DNA of 64,000 nt. Origin: an uncultured Armatimonadetes bacterium. GTDB lineage: Bacteria > Armatimonadota > UBA5829 > DTJY01. The notes beneath the pieces are model-generated. The model was given only the letters and a program-made list of their open reading frames with translations. It did no database searches and was not told the origin of the DNA. Of this stretch, positions 18,098 through 29,121 are shown in pieces; position 1 is the first letter of the stretch; each line of letters opens with the position of its first letter. The position numbers and the translations under genes are program-made. The stretch is from the NCBI GenBank assembly GCA_963717145.1, contig OY970325.1:3616001-3680000 (forward strand), in the 5' to 3' direction.

Positions 18098-20536
18098 TCA
18101 CTGTGCCGGGCGGAAGCGCCTCAGGCGGAGGGAGTTGCTGACGACCGAGACCGAGCTGAGCGCCATCGCACCCGCCGCCCACATCGGGTCGAGGAAGATC
18201 CCGAACAGCGGATAGAGCACTCCTGCCGCGACCGGGATGAGGATCACGTTGTAGAAAAACGCCCAGAAGAGGTTCTGGCGGATCGTGCGCATCGTCGCCC
18301 GGCTGAGCGCGATCGCCGTCACCACGGCGCGGAGGTCGCCGCTGATCAGGGTGACATCAGCCGTCTCCATCGCCACGTCCGTACCGGTCCCGATCGCGAT
18401 CCCGATGTCGGCCTGGGCGAGCGCCGGGGCGTCGTTGATCCCGTCGCCGACCATCGCGGTGACCTTGCCCTCGTCCTGGAGCGACTTCACCGCCTCGGCC
18501 TTCTGCTGAGGGAGCACCTCCGCCATCACCCGCTCGATGCCGACCTGATGCGCGACCGCCTCCGCCGTGCGCCGGTTGTCGCCGGTGATCATCACGACCT
18601 CGAGGCCCATGTCCCTGAGCGCCCGCACGGCCTCCGCCGAGTGCGCCTTGAGCGTGTCGGCGATGGCGATCACCCCGGCGGGTTTCCCATCGACCGCCAC
18701 GAAGACCGGCGTCTTCCCCTCCGCCGCATACGTCCCATCCGTCCCATCGGTCTCATCCGTCCCATGGGACTGATAGGACGGATGGGACATATGGGACATG
18801 AGACGCTGGCTACCCACCATCACCTGCCGGCCATCGACGGTGGCGCGGATGCCTTGCCCGGTCACCGACTCGAAGTCGGTCGGCGTGACCGTCTCGATCC
18901 CGCGCTCCTCGGCGGCGCGGACGATCGCCTCCCCGAGCGGGTGCTCCGAGACACGTTCGGCAGATGCGGCCAACCGAAGCAACTCATCCTCGGTCATGCC
19001 GACCGGGTCGATGTCCGTCACCACCGGCTTGCCCTCCGTAAGCGTGCCGGTCTTGTCGAGCACGATCGCCCTCAGCCGATGCGCCGTCTCCAGGGCCGCC
19101 CCGCTCTTAATCAGGACGCCGTTCTCCGCGCCCTTGCCTGTCCCGACCATGATCGCCGTCGGGGTCGCGAGTCCGAGCGCGCAGGGGCATGCGACGATCA
19201 GCACGGCGACGAAGCTCAACAGCGCGTAGTTGAACGCCGGCTGCGGACCGAACACGAGCCACACGATGAAGGTCAGTATCGCGATCACGATGACAATGGG
19301 AACGAAGTAGCTCGCGATCACATCCGCCAGCCGCTGGATCGGCGCTTTCGACCCCTGCGCCTGCTCGACCAGCTTGATGATCTGCGCGAGGGTCGTGTCC
19401 CTCCCGACGCGTGTCGCCCGGAATCGGAAGCTGCCGGTCTTGTTGATCGTCCCGCCGATGACCTCATCGCCCGCCTGCTTGGTGACCGGAATCGGCTCGC
19501 CGGAGATCATCGACTCATCGACCGCCGAGCGCCCGTCGACGACGATTCCATCGACTGGGATCTTCTCCCCGGGCCGGACGATGATGATGTCGCCGACCTG
19601 CACCTGCTCGACCGGGATGTCGGCCTCGATGCCGTCGCGGACGACTCGCGCGGTCTTGGCCCTCAGTCCGATCAGCCGCCGGATCGCCTCCGAAGTGTGC
19701 CCGCGCGCCCGGAGTTCCAGAAGCCGGCCGAAGAGTATGAGCGTGATGATGACCGCCGATGTGTCGAAATAGAGCGCCGCCTCGATGCCCGCCGCATGAG
19801 CGAAGAAGCCCGGGAAGAGGATCACCCCGACGCTGTAGAAGTACGCCGCCGAGCTTCCCACGGCGATCAGCGTGTTCATGTCGGTCGTGCGATGTCTCGC
19901 GGCGGCGATTGCGCCGGTGTAGAACTGCCGGCCGCCCCAGAACTGGACCGGAGTCGCCAGCAGCCACAGGAGCCATGGGAGGGCGAGGCTCCGTCCGAGC
20001 CACGGCGTCAGGCTGATAATGACGATCGGCACGGAGATAATCGCACACACGACGGTCTTCGTGAGCAGCGTCCGGTATGCCGCCTCGCGGGTGGCTCGCT
20101 CTCGGTCCGGGGCCTCGGCCACGACCTCAGGGACGACGTATCCGAGCCCTTCGATCAACCTCTTGAACTCCTCGGGCGAGACGATGGCGGGGATGTAGTC
20201 GATGGTGACGCGCTCGGTGGCGAGGTTCACGGCGGCTGAGGTCACACCATCGAGCTTGTTCAGGCCCTGCTCGACCCGCGCGGCACACGAGGCGCAGGTC
20301 ATCCCCTCGACCGGGAGCGTGATCTGCTCGGTCGCGACATCGTACCCGGTGTCGCGGATGGTCTGGATGATCCGGCCCGTGTCGACCACGCCGGGGTCGA
20401 AGGTGACCGTCGCCCGCTCGGTCGCGAAGTTGACCACGGCGGACTCGACCCCGCTCAACTCGCGGAGTCCCTTCTCGATCCGCGCGGCACAGTGCGCGCA
20501 CGTCATCCCGGTTATCGGCAGCTCGATCTTTCCCAT
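18098..20536 (-). CDS. copA: Cu(I)-translocating P1B-type ATPase with two HMA domains
   Basis: GMTCAHC and [37 protein letters not shown] and MALSS in TM helices. Confidence 0.95.
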   Translation of the reverse strand: MGKIELPITGMTCAHCAARIEKGLRELSGVESAVVNFATERATVTFDPGVVDTGRIIQTIRDTGYDVATEQITLPVEGMTCASCAARVEQGLNKLDGVTSAAVNLATERVTIDYIPAIVSPEEFKRLIEGLGYVVPEVVAEAPDRERATREAAYRTLLTKTVVCAIISVPIVIISLTPWLGRSLALPWLLWLLATPVQFWGGRQFYTGAIAAARHRTTDMNTLIAVGSSAAYFYSVGVILFPGFFAHAAGIEAALYFDTSAVIITLILFGRLLELRARGHTSEAIRRLIGLRAKTARVVRDGIEADIPVEQVQVGDIIIVRPGEKIPVDGIVVDGRSAVDESMISGEPIPVTKQAGDEVIGGTINKTGSFRFRATRVGRDTTLAQIIKLVEQAQGSKAPIQRLADVIASYFVPIVIVIAILTFIVWLVFGPQPAFNYALLSFVAVLIVACPCALGLATPTAIMVGTGKGAENGVLIKSGAALETAHRLRAIVLDKTGTLTEGKPVVTDIDPVGMTEDELLRLAASAERVSEHPLGEAIVRAAEERGIETVTPTDFESVTGQGIRATVDGRQVMVGSQRLMSHMSHPSYQSHGTDETDGTDGTYAAEGKTPVFVAVDGKPAGVIAIADTLKAHSAEAVRALRDMGLEVVMITGDNRRTAEAVAHQVGIERVMAEVLPQQKAEAVKSLQDEGKVTAMVGDGINDAPALAQADIGIAIGTGTDVAMETADVTLISGDLRAVVTAIALSRATMRTIRQNLFWAFFYNVILIPVAAGVLYPLFGIFLDPMWAAGAMALSSVSVVSNSLRLRRFRPAQ
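18728..18804. repeat. Inverted arrays of a 9-nt repeat (GTCCCATCC-like) in frame inside copA
   Basis: Encodes [24 protein letters not shown]; same repeat is intergenic at 54396-54430 and ~55470-55503. Confidence 0.8.
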
Positions 20537-20544
20537 GTGGGATA

Positions 20545-20574
20545 GTTATACCCCGTGATGAGGCGCCAAAGCAA
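20545..20574 (-). promoter_or_regulatory. Probable sigma70 promoter giving a near-leaderless copA mRNA
   Basis: TTGCTT-N18-TATAAC ending 8 nt before ATG; no Shine-Dalgarno visible. Confidence 0.45.
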
Positions 20575-20583
20575 CAGGAGGGA

Positions 20584-21120
20584 TCACCGTCTCTGCCGAG
20601 GGAGCGCTCGATCCAGCTCTGTGTACTCCTCGGGGGTGAGCGATGGCAGCTTCTCCAGGAATGCGACTATCGGCCACAGCTCCTCGTCCGATTGCGTGAT
20701 CCCCCAGGCGGGCATACCGGTTCGGCGGATGCCGTTCTTGGTGATCCAGAAAAGCTCGGCAGGCTTGAACTCCTCAGCAGCATCGGTAAGCTCAGGCGGA
20801 CCGGGTAGCAGACCTCTCGCGAGATCACCGTTCGGAACGCCGGGCGCTCCATGGCAGAAGGCACACCTGCCTCGGTATCCGACGAATCCCTGCCGGAACA
20901 TGGCCTCATCATCGAGCTTCGGCACCTGTATGCCCTTCGCCCTGCGACGGACGGAATACACCGCAGTCACATCCTCCAACCGGGCAACGAGCGCCGGCTC
21001 GGGGTTCACGGCAGAGACATTGTAGATGCCCAGATACACGAATCCGGCGGCCAATACCCCCATCAAGACGATCAATCCGACTATCCATGCGATCCAACGT
21101 GTAAGCCTTCGAGCTGCCAT
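20584..21120 (-). CDS. Membrane-anchored monoheme c-type cytochrome
   Basis: N-terminal TM; CAFCHG; ELFWITKNGIRRTGMPAWG; GGAGG RBS. Confidence 0.9.
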   Translation of the reverse strand: MAARRLTRWIAWIVGLIVLMGVLAAGFVYLGIYNVSAVNPEPALVARLEDVTAVYSVRRRAKGIQVPKLDDEAMFRQGFVGYRGRCAFCHGAPGVPNGDLARGLLPGPPELTDAAEEFKPAELFWITKNGIRRTGMPAWGITQSDEELWPIVAFLEKLPSLTPEEYTELDRALPRQRR

Positions 21121-21284
21121 AGTCCACCTCCATGGTTGAATGCCCGCTTGCCGTCCTCGTCAAACATGGATGAGCCCGTATCCGGGCGGTTACGAATCGG
21201 AACCGTAGGGGAGGCCTTCAACGGCCTCCCAGTGTCCGAAGGGACACTTCGTGCCCTTGTTGCCGTGACTTCAGTCGCCCGGAC

Positions 21285-22830
21285 CTAAGAAGGCGTCCAC
21301 GGCCGCGCCTTCCACGGCGGGTCGAGCGCGTCCGGCGGGAGTACCTCCGCCAACCTCGCGTGGACGTATGCTTGGAACACCTGCTGATCCTGCTTTCGTC
21401 CCGCATCAGGGGTGATGTCGATCAACGTCTTGCCATCCCGGCCTTTGACGAGCCGCTTGATCATGCTTACCGCATGCCTGGATCCGTGCACCTCATACCC
21501 GGCCACGTCTTGCCAGGCGACCGTCTTCGTCCAGAACATGAAGCGCTTGCGGATGCCGGACGAATCGGCCTCGATGGCATATGTGCCGGTGACGAGCCAG
21601 CCGATGGCAAGCAGTAGTGCCGGCGGTACAGCAGCGATAAGCCCCGCGTGCCGCTGATCGACCAGCCAGACAGCGAGGAAAAACCCGATCATTGTGGGCA
21701 GGAAGGCAATAGCCAGCTTCTCTGCCACCATGAATCGAAGGGTCACCCGCTCACCCGCGGGCAATGCGGGAGACTGCACATCGGCCGAGGAGATACTCCG
21801 CAGGATGGAAGGTATCGTGAGCACCTGAGGGTTCCCAGCGGTGCGAAGTCGGCGTATGACAGCCAGGATCAGCTTGTATGAATCTTCGCTGAACGGGACA
21901 TAGGGCACCGCAATCTCACGGTACGGCTGCCCTCCGCCAATCAGGATGTATACGGTATTGGTATTCGCATCCATTCTCCACCTGGCACACTTCACATCGG
22001 ACCACGAGATGCTCACAGCGCCGTGTCCGGTCCTGGCATCGATCCTCTCGTCCGTCAGCCGGGCCTCCCGAGCGTAGGGAACAGCTTCTCTGAGGATGCT
22101 CCGGCATCCCCAGAGCATACCCACCGCCAAGAGAGACATGAAAACGGTTCCTATGTACTGGCCCTGCGAGGCCGCGGCGAAAGCTCCCCAGAGTACGAAT
22201 CCCGCAAAGACTACAAGCAGCATAACCGTCGGCCATGTCCGCGACACCCGGGCGTTGACCCAATCCATCTCCCGGGGGAGTTCGTCCGGAATTCGGTCCC
22301 AGAACGTGAGTGCTAGCTCCGGCAACGTCAGATTGTCGGCTTTGCCAAGGCGGCGGAGGTGCTGCCATATCGACGCGCAGACGTTCAACGTCCGGTAGCT
22401 GCTGTGAGCGGGAACCCATATCCTATTGCTGCTGCTTGTCCTGAGAACAAAGCACTCCATTCCCAGGATGCTGCGCCGGGACGACGCTGCCTCGACATCA
22501 TGCCACGGCAAGAACCGTCTTCGGAGCAAAGAGCGCATCGTGATTCCGCCGGCGTCTGTGTGCCAGTGGAAATCACCCCCGAAGGAGGCGGGCAGCAAGC
22601 CAAATGCAGCCCAACACCATCACTCCGAGACCGACCGTTGCCGTAGATAGCAGTTCGATAAAGAACTGCCGGTAGCTCAAGTAGAAGTAGAGGTATCCAC
22701 CCGTTGCAGACAGTGCCAGTCCCATGGTAATGCCGATCGCAAGCAGCGCATTTCCGGGGCCCGCATCGGTGCATTCGAGCGCGGGCAGGTCCGGGAGCTG
22801 TTCGGCTATCGAGCGGTCATTGGTGGTCAT
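21285..22830 (-). CDS. Membrane protein with three bacterial PH-like modules, paralog 1; frameshift in a G5 run near 22578
   Basis: Collinear with 22879-24429 (MTTxDRSIAEQLPDLPALE, LTFWDRIPDELP); removing one G restores the frame. Confidence 0.7.
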
Positions 22831-22842
22831 GTCATAGTTATG

Positions 22843-22868
22843 AGACACGCGTCCGGTCATTCGGTTGC
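22843..22868 (-). promoter_or_regulatory. ECF-type promoter
   Basis: GCAAC-N17-GTCT, 12 nt upstream of ATG 22830. Confidence 0.6.
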
Positions 22869-22878
22869 ATCGGAGCGA

Positions 22879-24429
22879 TCAAGAAACCGTCCACGGTCGC
22901 GCCTTCCAGGGCTCGGCGGGTTTTGCCGACACCCAGGATTGCGTCAGCCTCGAATCGAGGATCGCCCAGAACCTGTCCCTTGCCTTCCTGTCGCCGAAGC
23001 TGACCCCGAACTCCATCAGCACCTTGCCATTCGAGTCCTTCACGACGCGGTGGTTGCGGACGGCCTTCTCAAACACCGGACAGATCGAGTACTCGGCGAT
23101 GTCATCCCAGCGGATCAGCCTGCCAAGTCCCAGGAACCGCTTCTGGATGCCATCGGAGTCGGCGCGGAGTACATAGGTACCGGATACAAGCCACACCAGT
23201 GCGAGCAACCCGATTGCGATCGGTACCGAGACGTAGGGCGACCGCATGCCTCCTTCCGGCGTGTTCCCGAGGAAGATGCCAATGCTCATAAGAAGCGGGA
23301 GCAACATGATGAGCACCCGCTCCCGGATCGTCAGCCTGACTTCGACCGGCTCGCCGTGAAAGGAGATCGAGTCAGAGGCCTGAGGTTCGATCCGGGCCGG
23401 GCCGACCTGTGCGCGCAGTTCCTCCGGGATCGAAAGCGCCTGAGGCATACCTGCAGTCCGAAGCCGCCGGATGATCGCCAGGATGAGCCTCCCGGAATCC
23501 TCATCCGAGAGGACATGCGGGATAGCAACCCGATCGGACCGATTCCGACCGGTGATCAGCAGGCCGTCGTATCCTTGGTCCCCACTCAGTGCCCACCGAA
23601 CACGTGTGACTTCGGCCCAAGGCAGGATGACCGCCCCGCGAGCGGTCTGCACTTCTATGTGGTCATCAGTAAGGGAGACGCTCCTGGCAGCCCTCAGGTT
23701 GTCACGAAGCACTGACCACGCGATGAACATGAAGCCGACGCCCATGATAGCCATGAACCCCTTCATGTACCAGTTCCCGCCCGCGACCAAGACCCATGTC
23801 ACGAACCCCGCCACTCCCAATATCGTAACAACGGGTAGCCAGAGCTTGGGCGGACGAGGGTTGGTCCAGTGGGCAGTGGTGGGAAGCTCATCGGGGATTC
23901 GATCCCAGAAGGTCAGTGCCGTCTCTGGTAGTTGCAGGTCCCCGGCCCTTCCGAGTCGCCGCAGGTGCTGCCGGATCGAGGCATAGAGAGCCGGCGAATC
24001 ATATTGAGACTCGACATTCACGTGGACAACGCCGCCGTTCGTACGCAAGCGGTAGTAGAGACCACCTGCGCCCTGCTCCGAGGTGGCATCCTCCACATCC
24101 TGCCAGGCGACGAGCCGTCTGTGGAGCGGGCCGCGCATCGTCAATCCATGGGCATCTGTCTTCCAGCAGAATACGCCGGACAGCAGCCTCAGAATCACCC
24201 ACAGCATGAGAAGCGCCAGTAGTGCAACTGCGAATGTGGCCTGAACGAACTGGTCTCCGAAGAACGGACGCGCCCTCCAGTAGAGGTATACCAATGGAGC
24301 CGCCATCAAGATGATCAGCAGAAAGGGTATCGCTATCACCATCAGCTTGGCCGATACTCCGACCTCGGCGGATTCGAGGGCGGGCAGGTCCGGAAGCTGT
24401 TCGGCTATCGAGCGGTCATGGGTGGTCAT
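22879..24429 (-). CDS. Membrane protein with three bacterial PH-like modules, paralog 2
   Basis: Three repeats of TM hairpin followed by D..GL/I...W.DV/I (VAWQDV, LPWAEV, IRWDDI). Confidence 0.7.
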   Translation of the reverse strand: MTTHDRSIAEQLPDLPALESAEVGVSAKLMVIAIPFLLIILMAAPLVYLYWRARPFFGDQFVQATFAVALLALLMLWVILRLLSGVFCWKTDAHGLTMRGPLHRRLVAWQDVEDATSEQGAGGLYYRLRTNGGVVHVNVESQYDSPALYASIRQHLRRLGRAGDLQLPETALTFWDRIPDELPTTAHWTNPRPPKLWLPVVTILGVAGFVTWVLVAGGNWYMKGFMAIMGVGFMFIAWSVLRDNLRAARSVSLTDDHIEVQTARGAVILPWAEVTRVRWALSGDQGYDGLLITGRNRSDRVAIPHVLSDEDSGRLILAIIRRLRTAGMPQALSIPEELRAQVGPARIEPQASDSISFHGEPVEVRLTIRERVLIMLLPLLMSIGIFLGNTPEGGMRSPYVSVPIAIGLLALVWLVSGTYVLRADSDGIQKRFLGLGRLIRWDDIAEYSICPVFEKAVRNHRVVKDSNGKVLMEFGVSFGDRKARDRFWAILDSRLTQSWVSAKPAEPWKARPWTVS

Positions 24430-24441
24430 GTCATAGGTATG

Positions 24442-24467
24442 AGACACACGACGCCTCATTCGGTTGC
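24442..24467 (-). promoter_or_regulatory. ECF-type promoter
   Basis: GCAAC-N17-GTCT, 12 nt upstream of ATG 24429. Confidence 0.6.
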
Positions 24468-24638
24468 ATGGGGAGGCTCCGAGCGGCGTGACTTGATGGC
24501 GGTTGCAAGTTCCTCGCGAGTGAATCCCCGGCGCTTGGCCTCCTCGCGCAGGTCGGCAGCGATCACGTCGAGCGGGCTCTGCTTCAGCCTCTTAACAGGA
24601 CTACGGCTCTCCGGTGTCTTATTCTTTCCGTCGGTCAT
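24456..24638 (-). CDS. Small 60-aa hypothetical protein
   Basis: GAGGTGG RBS then ATG just after the stop of the upstream gene; charged helical sequence (LREEAKRRGFTREELATAIK). Confidence 0.5.
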   Translation of the reverse strand: MTDGKNKTPESRSPVKRLKQSPLDVIAADLREEAKRRGFTREELATAIKSRRSEPPHATE

Positions 24639-24643
24639 GGCGA

Positions 24644-25336
24644 TCACCACCTCAGGTCTCGTATCCTTGACACATGCATGCATCTCACACTCCCATCCGC
24701 GAAGAGCACGTTGATGCCGGACGGATGCATGTCCTCCGGCGGGAGAAGCTCCGGGCCGCCGGATCTGTTCCGGCCCGGCGTGCACTCGAAGAGCAGAACC
24801 GTATCCTTGGGTAGGCCTTTCAGCCGAAGACCCCCCAAGCGGCCGTTCATCGCATAGGTAGGGAGACCACCTGGAGCACTCGGGCAGAAGTCCCGGAAGT
24901 TGCGCATCTTCTCTTTCAGGATCATCTCGTTCCAGCGATCAGGCGGCGGAAGCTTGCCGTCCCAGTCGTCGCAGTAGGCTTCCATGGCTACACCGATCAT
25001 CCTCATGCTCGCCGCGCAGGACGACTGTCTATCATGATCTCGCATGTAGGAGAGCAGGGGGAAGAGCACGGCAGCAAGTATCGCCATGATCGGAATAAAG
25101 AGGCAGAACTGCAACTCTCCTGGGAGGCGCAATCGGAGGCGCTCACAGGTCATGACAGCCACGACCATGCCGAACGCCAGTCCGAGAGCGAAGAGCCCCA
25201 GGCTCAACTGCCCGGCGATCCCGGTGGCGCCGAGTACCAGGCATCCGAGCGAGAGGATGCTCAGCACCCACTCCGCGCGGGTCGCTCTCCGTGTAGTCTG
25301 AGGCTCGCATTCATCCGGATTCGTCTGATCAGGCAA
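24644..25336 (-). CDS. Membrane protein with pilin-like DUF1559 / H-X9-DG C-terminal motif
   Basis: AILAAVLFP...SCAASMRMIG.AM..Y.DDWD..LP; YAMN; HPSGINVLFADGSV. Confidence 0.75.
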   Translation of the reverse strand: MPDQTNPDECEPQTTRRATRAEWVLSILSLGCLVLGATGIAGQLSLGLFALGLAFGMVVAVMTCERLRLRLPGELQFCLFIPIMAILAAVLFPLLSYMRDHDRQSSCAASMRMIGVAMEAYCDDWDGKLPPPDRWNEMILKEKMRNFRDFCPSAPGGLPTYAMNGRLGGLRLKGLPKDTVLLFECTPGRNRSGGPELLPPEDMHPSGINVLFADGSVRCMHVSRIRDLRW

Positions 25337-25386
25337 GAGGATTCACCCGTGCCAATATAGCCGAATATGGGACAGCCGCAAAGAAG

Positions 25387-28300
25387 CTAGGCTTGCTCGA
25401 CGGTGACGACCGACTTGCCGAGGACCTGCTCGATCTCGGAGATCAGCTTCGGGGAGGGCTCGACCCTCGCCTGCGCCGAGACCTTCGTGGTCTTCCCGTT
25501 CTGGGCCACGACGAAATACACGGGGCTCTCGCCGGAGTACTTGGAGAACACGCCTCTGAGGTGCTTCAGCTTCTCCCGGTCGGCGGTCACCAGCCGAATG
25601 GTCAGGCATTTCGGCCCGTCGCCATTCCCGTTCTTGCCGCCGTTCCCGTTCCCATTCGTCAGCACCTGGATCGACTCGCAGATGATCCCGATCTCGCAGT
25701 TCGTCTCGCCGTCCGAGCCGGGCCGCTCGCGATGGTTCGTCTTCCCGCGCACGATCACCACCGCATCCTGGGCGATCACGTCCTTGTAGTCGCGGTAGAC
25801 CGACGGGAACGCGGTGACATCCATCTGGCCGTTCAGGTCCTCGATCGTGAGGAACGCCATCGGCTCGTTCTTCTTCGTAATGATCTTGCGGAACCCGGCG
25901 ATGATCCCGGCGACGATGACGTCCTGCTTGTCGGCCATCTCCTTGATCTTCGCGCTCGTGGCGGTCACGAATGTGGCGAACTTCTCCTGGAACTGCGAGA
26001 GCGGATGCTCCGAAAAGTAGAGCCCGAGGAGGTCCTTCTCGACCGCAAGCTGTTCATCGCGCGGCATCGGCTCGACCTGCGGGAGCGTCTTCGGCTCGAG
26101 GTACTCTTCCGACTCCTCGACCGAGTCGCCGCCGAAGAGGGAGTGCTGCCCGGCCTTCTTGTCGCGCTGAGCACGAAGCGCCATGCTCGTCGCGTCATCG
26201 AGGATGAAGAGAAGCTGCGCCCGGTTCTTGTTGATCGAGTCGAACGCGCCGCACTTGATCAGGCTCTCGATCGCGCTCCGGCCGACGATCGTGTCGCAGA
26301 CCCGCCGGGCGAACTCGTGGAGCGACTTGAACTGACCGCCCTCTTTGCGCGCTTCGAGGACCGCATCTATCGCGCCTCGTCCCACGCCCTTGACGGCCGC
26401 CAGCCCGAAGCAGATCGCCCCGTCGCAGACCTCGAACTCGACGCCGCTGGAGTTCACATCCGGCGGGAGCATCTTGATCCCGAATCGCTTGCAGTCATCG
26501 ATGTACATCGCCAGCTTGTCCTTGTCGTCCATGTTGGCCGACAGCAGCGCTGCGTAGTACTCGACCGGGTAGTTCGCCTTCATGTAGGCCGTCCGATACG
26601 CGACGAATGCATAGCAGACGGCGTGGGCCTTGTTGAACGCGTAGCCCGCGAACGGCTCGATCTGCTCGTAGATCTTGGAGGCGATCTTCTCGGCCACGCC
26701 GTCGGCTCTTCGCGCCCTCGAGGAACTTCACGCGCTGCTGATCCATGACCGCGCGGTCCTTGACCGACATCGCCTTGCGCAGGACGTCCGCCTGGCCCGA
26801 GCGTGAATCCGGCGATCGCGCGGGCGATCCAGAGCACCTGGTCCTGGTAGCAGATGACGCCGTAGGTCTCCTCGAGGATCGGCTCCAGGTCGGGATGCAG
26901 ATACTCGATCGGCTCCTGGCCGAACTTCGACCGGACGAACTTCGGGATGAACGCCATCGGCCCGGGTCGGTAGAGCGCAACGATAGCCGCGAGTTCACGG
27001 ACGGAGTTCGGCTTCAGCTCGATGACGTTCCGGCGCATCCCGGCGCCTTCGAGCTGGAAGACGCCGTTCGTGTCGCCCCTGCCCAGCATCTCGAACGTCT
27101 TCTCGTCGTCGAGCGGGATGTTCAGGATGTCGATGTCGATGCCCTGGTGCTCCTTCACGTTCTTCACGGCGTCGGCGAGGATGGTCAGGTTTGCCAGGCC
27201 GAGGAAGTCCATCTTGAGCGAGCCCGATCTTGGCGATGTCCTTCTTCGCCAGCTGCGCGACGACCTCGCCCTTGCCGCCCTAGCTGGCACCGGCACGTGA
27301 TCCGTCAGCGGGTCGTCCGAGATCAGCACGCCCGCCGCATGGACGCCGACGTTGCGGTTCAGCCCTTCCAGGGTCCGCGCAGTGTCGATCAGGGTCCTGG
27401 CATCCGCGCTGCGGTTGTATGCCTCCTGCAGCTCGGGGTTGCTCTTCGATCGCCTGGTCGATGGTGATGCCGACCGGGAGGGTCGGGATCATCTTGGCAG
27501 ATGCGATCGACCTCCGCCGAGGTCCATGCCGAGCACCCGCCCGCAGTCACGGACCGCGGCCCGGGCCTTGAGGCTGCCGAACGTCGCGATCTGCCCGACC
27601 CGGTCGCGGCCATACTTCTCGCAGACGTACTGGATCAGCTCGTCGCGGCGGTCGTCCTGGATGTCGAGATCGACGTCAGGCATCTCGATCGCGCTCCGGG
27701 TTGAGGAATCGCTCGAACGCGAGGCCGTATTCGATCGGGTCGACATCGGTGATCCCCAGGCCGTAGCAGACGAGGCTGCCCGCCGCCGAACCTCGGACGC
27801 CGACGTAGATCCCCTGCCGCGCGCGAAGTCGGTGAAGTCGCGCACGATCAGCATGTAGGTGGCGAAGCCGCACTGTCGGATGATGCCGCACTCGTAGTCG
27901 AACTGCTTCTGGTAGTCCTCGGCGACTCGCCGCCCATCCGCGTCCGCGAGGCCTTTCCACGCCTCGGTCTCCATATGGTCGCTCGGGATCGACCTGTGCC
28001 GGGACGCCGGGTCGGGCAGCTTGGGTCGGCCGAAGTCGAACTTGATGTTGCACCGCTCGGCGATCTCGAGCGTGTTCGTCGAGCGCGCCGGGGATGTCGG
28101 CCGAAGAGCGCGTGCCATCTCCTCCGGGACTCTTGATGTAGAACTCCTGCGAGCCGAACCGCAGGCGCTTGGGATCGTCCAGCGTGTGAGCCGGTCTGGA
28201 TGCAGAGCAGGACGTCGTGCGCCTCGGCGTCTTTGCTGGAAGGTGTAGTGGATATCGTTCGACGCCACCAGCTTCAGGCCCGTCTGTCTCGAAAGGCGGA

Positions 28301-28878
28301 TCAGCGCCTCGTTGACGGGCTTCTGCTCGGGGATTCCGTTCTCCTGAAGCTCGAGGTAGAGGTTCTCCTTGCCGAAGATATCGATATACTCCGCCAGCGA
28401 CCTCTCCGCCTGATCCATGCCGCTCCTCAGCAGCAATCGCGGGACCTCGCCGCTGAGGCAGCCGGTCAGGGCGATCAGGTCTTCGCTGTATTGTGCAAGA
28501 AGCTCCTTGTCGACCCGGGGCTTGTAGTAGAATCCCTCGGAGAAGGCGATGCTGACGAGCTTGATGAGGTTCTTGTAGCCTTTTTCGGTCTTGGCGAGCA
28601 GCACGAGGTGATACTGCTCCTTGTCGAGCCTGGCGTCGCGCTGCGTGCGCGACCGTGGGGCGACGTAGACCTCGCATCCGAGGATCGGCTTCATGCCGGC
28701 TGACTTGCATCTCGCAGTAGAAGGAGATGTTGCCGTACATCACGCCGTGGTCGGTGATCGCCATCGCGGGCATCTCGAACTCGACCGCCTGCTTGACGAG
28801 ATCGTGGATGCGGCAGGCCCCGTCGAGGAGGCTGAACTCGGTGTGCGTGTGAAGATGTATGAACCCGGGCTTCGACAT
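25387..28878 (-). CDS. dnaE: DNA polymerase III alpha subunit, multiple apparent frameshifts
   Basis: [78 protein letters not shown] fold; spread over at least six ORF fragments. Confidence 0.95.
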
Positions 28879-28974
28879 CGGTGTACTTCCTGCGGAGAGA
28901 CTACACCATTGTTCGTCTTCGGGCCGCCGTTTCCTGCCAAAAGAGCCCCGGATTCTTGACAGTTACGCTGCGGC

Positions 28975-29043
28975 TGTCATTCTGAACGAAGTGAAGAATC
29001 CGGCCTTTGCGTGAACAGATTCTTCACTTCGTTCAGAATGACA
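28975..29043. repeat. Palindromic repeat, TGTCATTCTGA...GAAGAATC family
   Basis: Perfect 26-bp inverted repeat. Confidence 0.85.
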
Positions 29044-29121
29044 CTCCAATCGAAGGGCCGGATGGACAGGATGGATGGCAGATGTTATACTTGCGCATCG
29101 TTCGCGTTTGGAGGTCAGATC

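Noticed and set aside
20537-20555. CsoR/CueR operator at copA
   Set aside because: Only weak dyad symmetry (GGGATAGTTATACCCC) and no regulator gene in view
22573-22575. Second TGA recoding site
   Set aside because: Downstream homology is in another frame; one extra G in a G5 run explains it
25387-28878. Programmed frameshifting, intein or split dnaE
   Set aside because: Too many scattered breaks, no intein motifs, normal total length
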